Below, piece after piece: positions 50,716 through 59,094 of a stretch of DNA of 64,000 nucleotides. The stretch is from Fimbriimonadales bacterium (GTDB taxonomy: Bacteria; Armatimonadota; Fimbriimonadia; Fimbriimonadales; JABRVX01). Every line of letters begins with the position of its first letter. The stretch's first letter is position 1. Both the position numbers and the translations under genes were made by a program. The stretch is taken from positions 1 through 64,000 of the forward strand of contig BTVI01000006.1 of assembly GCA_045862955.1 (NCBI GenBank), in the 5' to 3' direction. Under the pieces are notes generated by a model. It worked only from the letters and a program-made list of their open reading frames with translations. It was not told where the DNA came from and did not search any database.

Positions 50716-51899
50716 TCGCTTTGCCCTTACTTCTAGCTCAAGCATTTGCTCTGAAAGACGGCGATGTAGTCTTGTTCTACGGTGACAGCATTACCGAGCA
50801 GAGGCTCTACACAACCTACGTCGAGACATTCGTTCGCACGCGCTTTCCAAAGCTCGACGCGGAATTCATTACGGTCGGCGTAGGGGGCGATGCGACTTGG
50901 GGTGGATGGGCTGGGGATGCGGCCACCCGCGTAGAGCGCGATGTGAAGCCGTTTCAGCCCACGCGCATCGTGATCATGCTCGGAATGAACGACGGAGGCT
51001 ACGTCCCGTACGACGCGAAGATCGAGCAGATCTTCGTTGATTGGTACCGCAAGCTTCTTGGCTACATGCGCTCGGCCGCACCCAAAGCGAAGCTGACACT
51101 AGTTCAGACCTCTCCATTCGATGATTTCACCAAGCGTCCCTCGCCATTTGCTGGCTACAACGCTACCCTGCTCAAGCTGGGCAAGAACATCGTGGAGTTG
51201 TCCAGGCAGGAAGGTGCGGATTTCGTAGACTTCAACGCCCCATTCGTTGCTGCCATGTCCCGAGCAAGCAATCCCGAAGCGTTCCTCCCAGATATGATCC
51301 ACCCAGGGCCTCCCGGCCACCTGGTGATGGCAAGCGTCCTCCTCAAGGATTGGCATGCGCCCTCGACGGTCGCCGACGTGGCGCTCGATGCTAGGGAACA
51401 TAAGGTCGTGCGTGCCGACAACACGCTCGTCACTGGATTCGACGGGTTACGCTGGACCCAGAAGGACAACGCCCTACCCTTCCCCCTCGACGAGTCCACC
51501 AGGCCCGGGGCTGATGCGATTGGTTTCCAAACCGATCTTAACCGGCAGATGCTCATGGTGACTGGCCTCGAGGCTGGCCGTTATTCGCTCTCGATCGATG
51601 GCCAAACGGTCTCGGTATTCAGCGATATGCAGCTTGCGGCGGGTGTGAACCTGGCAGACTATGATACGCCCATGCTTCGCCAAGCGACTCAAGTGCTCGA
51701 TCTGATCACTAAGCGCAACGAAGTTTTCTTCCTGTGGTGGCAGCGGATGGGCTGTGTGATGAACGGGTTTTCGGGGACACAAGAGGTAATCGCCGCTCTT
51801 AAGAAATTGGAGAAGAGCATCGCCAAAGAAGCACGAAGCGCCGCTCTGCCTCTCTCGCATCGTTATGAGCTATCGCCCGTAAAAGAAGCCTCCGAGTAA
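50712..51899 (+). CDS. SGNH/GDSL hydrolase (probable carbohydrate esterase)
   Basis: FYGDSITE, GVGGD, LGMND, DMIHP. Confidence 0.9.
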   Translation: MIALPLLLAQAFALKDGDVVLFYGDSITEQRLYTTYVETFVRTRFPKLDAEFITVGVGGDATWGGWAGDAATRVERDVKPFQPTRIVIMLGMNDGGYVPYDAKIEQIFVDWYRKLLGYMRSAAPKAKLTLVQTSPFDDFTKRPSPFAGYNATLLKLGKNIVELSRQEGADFVDFNAPFVAAMSRASNPEAFLPDMIHPGPPGHLVMASVLLKDWHAPSTVADVALDAREHKVVRADNTLVTGFDGLRWTQKDNALPFPLDESTRPGADAIGFQTDLNRQMLMVTGLEAGRYSLSIDGQTVSVFSDMQLAAGVNLADYDTPMLRQATQVLDLITKRNEVFFLWWQRMGCVMNGFSGTQEVIAALKKLEKSIAKEARSAALPLSHRYELSPVKEASE

Positions 51900-52119
51900 C
51901 CTGTGGCAAACGGCTTTCTTCCTTTCGACTGAGGCATCGCGACCTCGGCCATTGAGCGACGTAGTATGTTGCCCCAAGCGGCCGAAAGGCTTATCCGTTC
52001 GGCAAGCACCGCACGTGCATGAACGTGCTGCGGTCAAACGCACTGGCCTGCAAAGATCGGCGCATTGAAAGTTGCGGTAAGCACTGCCTTTGACTTGCCT
52101 CACACCCGACTCATAGTAA

Positions 52120-52146
52120 GAGGGCCCAGGAGCATGCTGGGCCCTC
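52120..52146. terminator. Hairpin, likely terminator downstream of the PEP-CTERM gene
   Basis: GAGGGCCCAG-N7-CTGGGCCCTC. Confidence 0.6.
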
Positions 52147-52156
52147 GTTTGACCTC

Positions 52157-52876
52157 CTAGCGCGACTTTCGCCGTCCCAAGAACATCCCAAGGAGCACAG
52201 GACCTAGGAGGGCTATCGCACTAGGTTCTGGGACCACGCGCATCTTGTTCAGATAAAGGTCGTGGTCGGTATTGTAGTTGAAAACGTCAACGCCGGCAAT
52301 CGGACCACCGTTGACAGTCGTCTTTAGGCTGCCCGAAGCCTGATACAGACCGCTGATATCTACGTAATAGGTGTTCGCGCCCGTGAGAGTGACTGCCAGC
52401 GTATAGCCCACGTCGCCGGCCGGCACGCCCGTAATGTGGTTGCCCGTATTGTCGGATAACCAGAACTGCCCCGAGCCGTAGCGATAGTCGAACAGAGCTA
52501 GCAGCTCCTCGCCGGAAGAGTTTACTAGTCGGATACCCCAGCTGGCGTCTCCCCAGTTGCCAAATTCGATCGTTAGTGCGCGGAAGTCGATGAGGAGAGT
52601 CTCTCCCACCGACATTGGGGCCGCCAGGTATCGGATGGCGGTAGCAAAGGCATAGTCGTAGTCATTGTTCAGGTTCCAGGCCGTGCCGAGCACCGTGCCC
52701 GGCTGAATTGAGCCCTCGCTCACGTTTGTCCACGGCTGCCAGCCGTAACCGCCATTCAACCCGTTCGACCAGCCTCCCGAGTAGACGGGATCATCAGCGT
52801 CATCGTATGCGGGAGCGGCCCAACCGGCTGCCGCGCAAACCGCGAGAAGCAGGCAGCCTAGCGTTCGTTTGCTCAT
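52157..52876 (-). CDS. PEP-CTERM surface protein
   Basis: Signal peptide; C-terminal VVPEPSAIALLGPVLLGMFLGRRKSR. Confidence 0.92.
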   Translation of the reverse strand: MSKRTLGCLLLAVCAAAGWAAPAYDDADDPVYSGGWSNGLNGGYGWQPWTNVSEGSIQPGTVLGTAWNLNNDYDYAFATAIRYLAAPMSVGETLLIDFRALTIEFGNWGDASWGIRLVNSSGEELLALFDYRYGSGQFWLSDNTGNHITGVPAGDVGYTLAVTLTGANTYYVDISGLYQASGSLKTTVNGGPIAGVDVFNYNTDHDLYLNKMRVVPEPSAIALLGPVLLGMFLGRRKSR

Positions 52877-52937
52877 TGTATTAACCTCATACCGATTTCC
52901 ACCAGGTTAGGTGGCGATACCGACTGTTTCGGGACTC

Positions 52938-52979
52938 GATTAACCGGTTTATTGTATCACGACTTTTGGCGTCCTGCAA
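52938..52979 (-). promoter_or_regulatory. Sigma-70 promoter of the PEP-CTERM gene with adjacent candidate LacI operator
   Basis: Minus strand TTGCAG-N17-TACAAT with TG extension, immediately followed by AAACCGGTTAATC. Confidence 0.65.
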
Positions 52980-53311
52980 CCCTGAAAGCGACGATCCCCA
53001 CAAATATTGCTGAGATGCTTAGGAGAAAGTGCACGGATCACGGGGCTGCGCCTTCCAGCACTGCGCGGCTTCGACGAATGCATCTATCCAGAGAAGAGAG
53101 CCGCGGATGATCCGCGTAGCAGGCCTGAGGTCTCCGTTCAACGTCTGACCTTCACGACCTATGGGCCTCGACAGCGGCACGAAACTACGAAAGTCAATTG
53201 TGCATCGCCACCAAGGGATGGCGATGCCCCTCGCTGGACCTAGAACAAACCGACAGGGGTGTCGTGTGAGACGGAGAATCTCGGATGCAGCACAGCGATT
53301 GAGGAAAGCGC

Positions 53312-56300
53312 ATGCACGGACTAGGGAGACTAGCCATGATTGCTCCGATTCTCGTCACCTTTGCCGAAGCGCACGGCGGGGGCCAGATCCAGGACCCCTC
53401 CGGTTCGACCGCTCGAGCGCACATTGGTGACCAGCTACAGGACGAGTTCGCCTCGCCCCCGGGCTGGGCCAGGCCACACACCTGGTGGCACTGGATTGAC
53501 GGCAACGTCACCAAAGAGGGCATCACCGCCGACCTGGAGGCCATGAAGCGGGCGGGCCTCGGCGGCGCACACATCTTCAACGCGGGCAGTTTCGGCGGCC
53601 ATGACAGCAAAGGCAACTACGTGACGATGCCGAAGGGTCCCATCGCCTACAACACTCCCGAGTGGCGCGCGCTGATGGTGCACGCCATGCGCGAAGCCAA
53701 ACGTCTCGGTCTCGAGATAACCATCCATAACTGTGCCGGATGGTCATCCAGCGGCGGACCGTGGGTGCAGCCCGAGGACGCGATGAAGAAGGTGGTTTGG
53801 TCCACGGTGGTAGTGATAGGACCGTCGCAGGTCGATGCCACTCTCCCGCAGCCCCCGACGGTACGCGACGAGTACCACGACATCGCTGTATTCGCACTAC
53901 CAGAAACCCAGGTGCCGGCACAACCCGACGAGCACCACGCATACCTAACAAGCCTAGGGGACAACGACGGCAAGCCGTTCGGCGATCTCGCCTGGCCGGT
54001 GGTCCCCCGAAAAGACATCATCGACCTTACTGAGCATGTGAGCGATGGTCGCCTGAAGTGGGCTGCACCGGCGGGTCGTTGGACCATCCTGCGGATCGGA
54101 TGGACACTAACAGGTGCCCAGAACGTTGCCTCTAGCGACAGCGGCAGGGGCTTGGAGGTGGACAAGCTTTCTCAGGAGTCGTTCGACCGCTACTTCGATG
54201 GCAGTCTCCTGCCCCTCATCGAGGAGGCAGGGCCACTAGCAGGGGATACCTTTACAACTGTACTGATCGATAGTTACGAGACCGGCCGGCAGAACTGGAC
54301 TCAGAACATGCTCGCGGAGTTCCGCAAACGTCGCGGTTACGAGCTGCTTTCTTGGCTCCCTGCCCTATGCGGGATCGCGTTAGACGATGCCGACACTACG
54401 CAACGATTTCTGTTCGATTTTCGCCGCACCGTCGCCGAGATGTGGTCGGAGTACTACTCGGGGCGATTTGCCGAGCGCTTGAAGCAGCACGGCATGCAGC
54501 TGGCAGTCGAGCCCTACGGCAACGGGCCGTTCAATGCGTTTACCTACGCCGAGCCTGCAGGCCTTATCATGGGCGAATACTGGGTCGGCGAGGGGGTCAT
54601 CAACTCCAGTGTGAAGCTATCATCTTCGATCGCGCACGTGCTAGGTCGTAAAGTCGTCGGCGCGGAGGCATTGACCGCAACTCCGGATCGCGCTGGTTGG
54701 TCGAACCACCCATACCAGTGGAAGCCCTTTGCCGACCGTGGCTACATCAACGGAATCAATCGAATCATCTACCATCGGTTCACTCACCAGCCGTGGCCGA
54801 GCGGCGTGCTACCAGGCATGACGATGGGACCCTGGGGTTCTCATGTGGACCGAACGCAGACTTGGTGGCACCTAGCACCTTCTTGGCATGACTACCTCTC
54901 GAGATGCCAGTACCTGTTGCAGTCGGGGCAGTTCGTAGCGGATGTGTGCGTTTGCACCGGTGAAGACGAGCCTCAGGCCTACCAAGAGGAGATACATGGT
55001 CTGGCTCAGGTGCCGGAGGGTTATGATTTCGACTACTGCACTGCGAGTATGCTGATGGGAGCGACGGTGAGTGGCGGCCGAATCGTGTTGCCAGGGGGCA
55101 TGAGCTACCGCTTGCTGGCACTGCCGAATACGGACCGAATGTCGTGGCAGTTTGCGGCTAAGGTAAGGGAACTCGTAGCTGCGGGCGCGACCATCGTGGG
55201 CATTCCCCCGAGCCAAACGACCGGCTTGAGCGATCCGTCTCCAGAGAACACTCACATTATGGGACTATTGAATGGTACCGTGGCGGACGCGCTGCGAGAG
55301 CTGAAGCTGCCTCCCGACTTTCGCAGCGAAAGGGGGGGCGTGAGGGCAATCCACCGGCGGATTGGTGATGCCGACGCCTACTTCGTGACATGGTATGGGC
55401 GCCAAGCCATCGAGACGAAATGCTTCTTCCGCATCGAGGGCCGTCTGCCCGAGCTGTGGCATCCCGAGTCGGGATTGGTAGAGAAGGCGGTGATGTTCCA
55501 GCCGGTACCAGGCGGGGTGGAAGTGCTACTTCGACTAGGGCCCGCAGGTTCTGTTTTCGTGGTGTTTCGGACCGAGGGGCAGATGCGGGATCCGATAGTC
55601 CGGGTGGAAGCGGGCGTTGCCGAGGCTCCAGTGGAGAGCGCGGTGAAGATCATCAAGGCTGAATATGGTGTCATCGGTGACATGTGGAGGAGTCGCGATG
55701 TCACGGATCGGGTCGCCGAGGCGATCGCAGCGTTCGGAGAGGTGGAAGCTACGAACGCGAGCATGGGTGGGGACCCTGCTGTCAACATCGTGAAGCAGTT
55801 GCGCGTGACCTACACTGATGGTGGCAAGGAGCGCGTAGTCACCATCCCTGAGGGTGAGACACTGCGGCTCGGCACCGCACGAGCCGTACCCAGCGCAACG
55901 TGGGAGATGAGAGAAGAGAAGGGTGCGCGCTACCTGCACGTGTGGCAGACAGGGTCGTATCGAGTGGTACATGACTCGGGAGCGTCCACAGCCATTGATG
56001 CGGAGGTCGCGCGATCTGTCGAGCTGTCAGGTCCATGGGAGGTTCGGTTTCCGTCAGGCTGGGATGCTCCGGAGACCACCACGTTCAGCGATCTCGTCTC
56101 ATGGACCGATCACCCCGAGTTCGGCATCAAGTACTTCTCTGGCACCGCAACATACCGACGGCAGTTCGACGTGGATGCCGCGTTGCTGGGAGAAGGTAAG
56201 CGACTCGTGCTCGACCTCGGAACCGTGCGCGAGATCGCCGAGGTGTTAGTGAACGGGAAGAACCTCGGTGCGCTGTGGTGGCCACCGTTCCGCCTGGACG

Positions 56301-56587
56301 TTACCGACGCCGTGAAGGCAGGCAGAAATGATCTCGAGGTGCGGGTGACCAACCTGTGGGTGAACCGACTGATCGGGGACGAGCAGCTACCCGACGACAT
56401 CGGTTGGCAGGGCGTGACATTCAGCTCGTGGCCGGAATGGCTGGTCGAGGGCACACCTCGCCCCGAGCCGCGGCGCAAGACCTTCACTACCTGGCGCCAC
56501 AATCGCGCCGACACGCCGCTCATCCCTTCGGGCCTGATGGGACCGGTCGTGCTTCAGCCGGTCCGGGTGTATCGGCTTCCCGAATAG
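53312..56587 (+). CDS. GH106-like alpha-L-rhamnosidase
   Basis: RPHTWWHWIDGNVTKEGITADLEAMK, GWSSSGGPWV, GLEVDKL, IDSYE, EPYG, KYFSGTATY, VTNLWVNRLIGD. Start may be 53336. Confidence 0.9.
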   Translation: MHGLGRLAMIAPILVTFAEAHGGGQIQDPSGSTARAHIGDQLQDEFASPPGWARPHTWWHWIDGNVTKEGITADLEAMKRAGLGGAHIFNAGSFGGHDSKGNYVTMPKGPIAYNTPEWRALMVHAMREAKRLGLEITIHNCAGWSSSGGPWVQPEDAMKKVVWSTVVVIGPSQVDATLPQPPTVRDEYHDIAVFALPETQVPAQPDEHHAYLTSLGDNDGKPFGDLAWPVVPRKDIIDLTEHVSDGRLKWAAPAGRWTILRIGWTLTGAQNVASSDSGRGLEVDKLSQESFDRYFDGSLLPLIEEAGPLAGDTFTTVLIDSYETGRQNWTQNMLAEFRKRRGYELLSWLPALCGIALDDADTTQRFLFDFRRTVAEMWSEYYSGRFAERLKQHGMQLAVEPYGNGPFNAFTYAEPAGLIMGEYWVGEGVINSSVKLSSSIAHVLGRKVVGAEALTATPDRAGWSNHPYQWKPFADRGYINGINRIIYHRFTHQPWPSGVLPGMTMGPWGSHVDRTQTWWHLAPSWHDYLSRCQYLLQSGQFVADVCVCTGEDEPQAYQEEIHGLAQVPEGYDFDYCTASMLMGATVSGGRIVLPGGMSYRLLALPNTDRMSWQFAAKVRELVAAGATIVGIPPSQTTGLSDPSPENTHIMGLLNGTVADALRELKLPPDFRSERGGVRAIHRRIGDADAYFVTWYGRQAIETKCFFRIEGRLPELWHPESGLVEKAVMFQPVPGGVEVLLRLGPAGSVFVVFRTEGQMRDPIVRVEAGVAEAPVESAVKIIKAEYGVIGDMWRSRDVTDRVAEAIAAFGEVEATNASMGGDPAVNIVKQLRVTYTDGGKERVVTIPEGETLRLGTARAVPSATWEMREEKGARYLHVWQTGSYRVVHDSGASTAIDAEVARSVELSGPWEVRFPSGWDAPETTTFSDLVSWTDHPEFGIKYFSGTATYRRQFDVDAALLGEGKRLVLDLGTVREIAEVLVNGKNLGALWWPPFRLDVTDAVKAGRNDLEVRVTNLWVNRLIGDEQLPDDIGWQGVTFSSWPEWLVEGTPRPEPRRKTFTTWRHNRADTPLIPSGLMGPVVLQPVRVYRLPE

Positions 56588-56690
56588 CTTGGGCTGCTCG
56601 TGGCACTGCACCATGCCCCGTACGCGACGCAGCCGAGTCGGGTGCGGGCCGGTGAGGCGGTCTCCGGGAAGGAGCCCAAGCAGGATCGCG

Positions 56691-56719
56691 TTGACAGAGG
56701 GCGAATCTTCGGTTATTAT
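56691..56719 (+). promoter_or_regulatory. Sigma-70 promoter
   Basis: TTGACA-N17-TATTAT. Confidence 0.7.
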
Positions 56720-56856
56720 GCTAGTGAGCGCCCGCGCTACGAACGCCGCCTGCAGACGGGATCGGCGGAAAAGAACTGCTGCCGAATAGCCCAGTCGGCC
56801 AAGATCGCACCCTGGGCCGAGTCTATTGGTACTAGAGGGGGTGCAGGGACAGCAGA

Positions 56857-57981
56857 GTGGAGGCAGCGGCCCTGTGGAAGCGCGGAGTCGACTCGCTGAT
56901 TGGCGTGAACCCGGTGGGATCGGCTTGGATACGAGAGCGAATCGCCTCGCTTGTTTCGGTCCCGCGTGTTGCGCTCGACGGAGAAGGGTCTTGGCAGGCG
57001 CTTCGTCAAGCCGTTAGCAGGCGGGTGGCCGCGCACTCGCATGCAAGGTACTTGTCTTCCGAGGACCTCGACGATATCGTAGGCGAGGTGCTCGCTCGGG
57101 CCGCCCCGGCTCTCATGGGAAGAGACGATCCCGTGAGGAACCCGAGTGCTTTCGTGAACCGCGTGATTGCCAACCAGTTCCATCAGTTTCTGCGGAAGAG
57201 CGGGCCAGCGTGGACTGGGCTCAAAGACGAGATCGTGGATATCGCTCGCGGCAGGCGCGGAGAGCAAGGACTGGCCCTCTGGCACTGCGATGGCACCGCC
57301 CTCATCGGCTTGAGTGGCTGGCGCCACCGCAACATCGAGCCCACCGATGCTTACATCGACTCTTTGGCGAGCACAGGGCGCTGGCACAGGGCCCCGGAGC
57401 GCCATGGGCTCGACCCCCATCTCGCAACGGGAGCCTTGCTCAGGGCACTGCTCGGGTACCTGGGCACACCGGTTCCGATTTCACACCTCGTCAACTTGGT
57501 TTTCGAGCTTCGCGGAACCCAGGAGCTGCGACGCATATCGCTCGATGAGTTGGCAGTTAGCAGAGAAGAACCCGCCGATCCAGGTGACCCTTGTCATGAC
57601 GCGGAAACGCGCCAGACAGTGCAGGAAATCGCCCTGGCTTGTGAAGCCCTCGATGACGATCGTCTCGCAGCTTTCGTTTTCCGCCTCGAGGGCGAGACGG
57701 CGTCATGTCTGTTGGGCTTGGCAAGGCCTGCGTTGGTGGCGCGCATCCAGAGCCTCTTTGCGTTGGCCTTTCCACCAGACGGTAAGAACGCGTTGCAGCA
57801 GCTACCACTCTGTGACAAACACACTGCTAGGATCATTGGAGTGCGTGCAACGGGAACACGAGACGCCCAGCTATGGATTTCCAATCTTCGGCGATCCGCA
57901 CAGCGAAGGATCTCTCGAGAGGTACTCGGCAGTGCGGCGCGCATGAAAAGAGAGCGGCAGCAGGAGGTGCCCGGTGAGTAA
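56857..57981 (+). CDS. Atypical long ECF-like sigma factor
   Basis: Region-2-like EDLDDIVGEVL..FVNRVIANQFHQFLRK, large insertion, region-4-like LDDDRLAAFVFR..ISNLRRSAQRRI; coupled to an anti-sigma gene. Confidence 0.55.
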   Translation: MEAAALWKRGVDSLIGVNPVGSAWIRERIASLVSVPRVALDGEGSWQALRQAVSRRVAAHSHARYLSSEDLDDIVGEVLARAAPALMGRDDPVRNPSAFVNRVIANQFHQFLRKSGPAWTGLKDEIVDIARGRRGEQGLALWHCDGTALIGLSGWRHRNIEPTDAYIDSLASTGRWHRAPERHGLDPHLATGALLRALLGYLGTPVPISHLVNLVFELRGTQELRRISLDELAVSREEPADPGDPCHDAETRQTVQEIALACEALDDDRLAAFVFRLEGETASCLLGLARPALVARIQSLFALAFPPDGKNALQQLPLCDKHTARIIGVRATGTRDAQLWISNLRRSAQRRISREVLGSAARMKRERQQEVPGE

Positions 57982-59080
57982 CGGCTGCCCATCGCTGAAT
58001 GACCTGATTCGCTGGCTTGCAGGAGAGACCTCGGGGCGAGAAGCCGACACTATGCGTACCCACGTGCATTCGTGTGCGTATTGTCGGCGACTGCTCTCGA
58101 ACGCAGCACCTGCCGGGCTCATCGCTCAGGTTGCCGCGTCCGAGCACATCGACTCCATCACCCTGTCCGAGTATGCCGATGGAGCCCTCAGCGGTGCGAG
58201 GCGACAGCTAGTGAAGTCGCACCTCGATCAATGCCTCGAGTGCGACACCCGTCTAACTCGACTGCTCGAAGGCCGCTCCGTGCCTCGAACGGCTCCGGCT
58301 TCGAACGTCGGCTGGCATCGCAATGCACCGACTGCTAGGATTCTCGTATGGTGGAGAGACTCCGCAGCAGTACTCGCTGTCGCCCTTGCCGTGGTAGGAG
58401 TATGGTGGTTTCTGAATCGAGGCTATCTGCTGGGCACAGATGGAGTTGTCGCAGTCCACCTACCGCTCGAGCTACTACGCGAGCTGCCCGCTGACAAGAG
58501 AGCAGTGATGGGTCAGTTGTGTGGAGATCTCGCTCGCACGACACCCGTCGTAGGGTCGAGTCAGGACGTCCGATACCGTGGCGCCGACCCCAATCCTGCA
58601 CCGCCTCGGATCCAGATCATCTATCCCCTGCCTGGAGACAAGCTACCTACGCTCGACTTGATAGTACTCGTCCGGACCCCAGGTGATTCGGCTGCTACGG
58701 TAGAGGCAGTCGAGAAGGCAACCGGGGCAACAGTGGGTCGTTGGACCGTTCCTTCTGGCCAACCTACCCGTCTGCCTGAGAAGTTGGCCTACGGGCACAC
58801 ATACTCCATCGTCGCACACGTGGTAAACGACCCGTCGTTGCGTTCGGAGGATCGGCTCTTCAGTACCGCAACCGAATCACTGGCTGAACACGTTCAGCGT
58901 CTCTCCGAGCGATGCCACGGTGACATCCTACTTCTGGGAGCACTCTACGAGACGTATGGTATGTATGGTGCCGCGGATCGCTACTATGCCGCTGCCGCCG
59001 ATGTGTCGGATGCTAACACCCGAGGCACGGACGTATACCAGGCCTGGCGACTTCGCTCGGGATTGGAGGGGTCGCGCTGA
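57974..59080 (+). CDS. Anti-sigma-like membrane protein with two zf-HC2 motifs
   Basis: HVHSCAYC and HLDQCLEC (HxxxCxxC), TM helix AAVLAVALAVVGVWWFL, extracytoplasmic domain. Confidence 0.8.
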   Translation: MSNGCPSLNDLIRWLAGETSGREADTMRTHVHSCAYCRRLLSNAAPAGLIAQVAASEHIDSITLSEYADGALSGARRQLVKSHLDQCLECDTRLTRLLEGRSVPRTAPASNVGWHRNAPTARILVWWRDSAAVLAVALAVVGVWWFLNRGYLLGTDGVVAVHLPLELLRELPADKRAVMGQLCGDLARTTPVVGSSQDVRYRGADPNPAPPRIQIIYPLPGDKLPTLDLIVLVRTPGDSAATVEAVEKATGATVGRWTVPSGQPTRLPEKLAYGHTYSIVAHVVNDPSLRSEDRLFSTATESLAEHVQRLSERCHGDILLLGALYETYGMYGAADRYYAAAADVSDANTRGTDVYQAWRLRSGLEGSR

Positions 59081-59094
59081 GGGGCGGTGATGCG

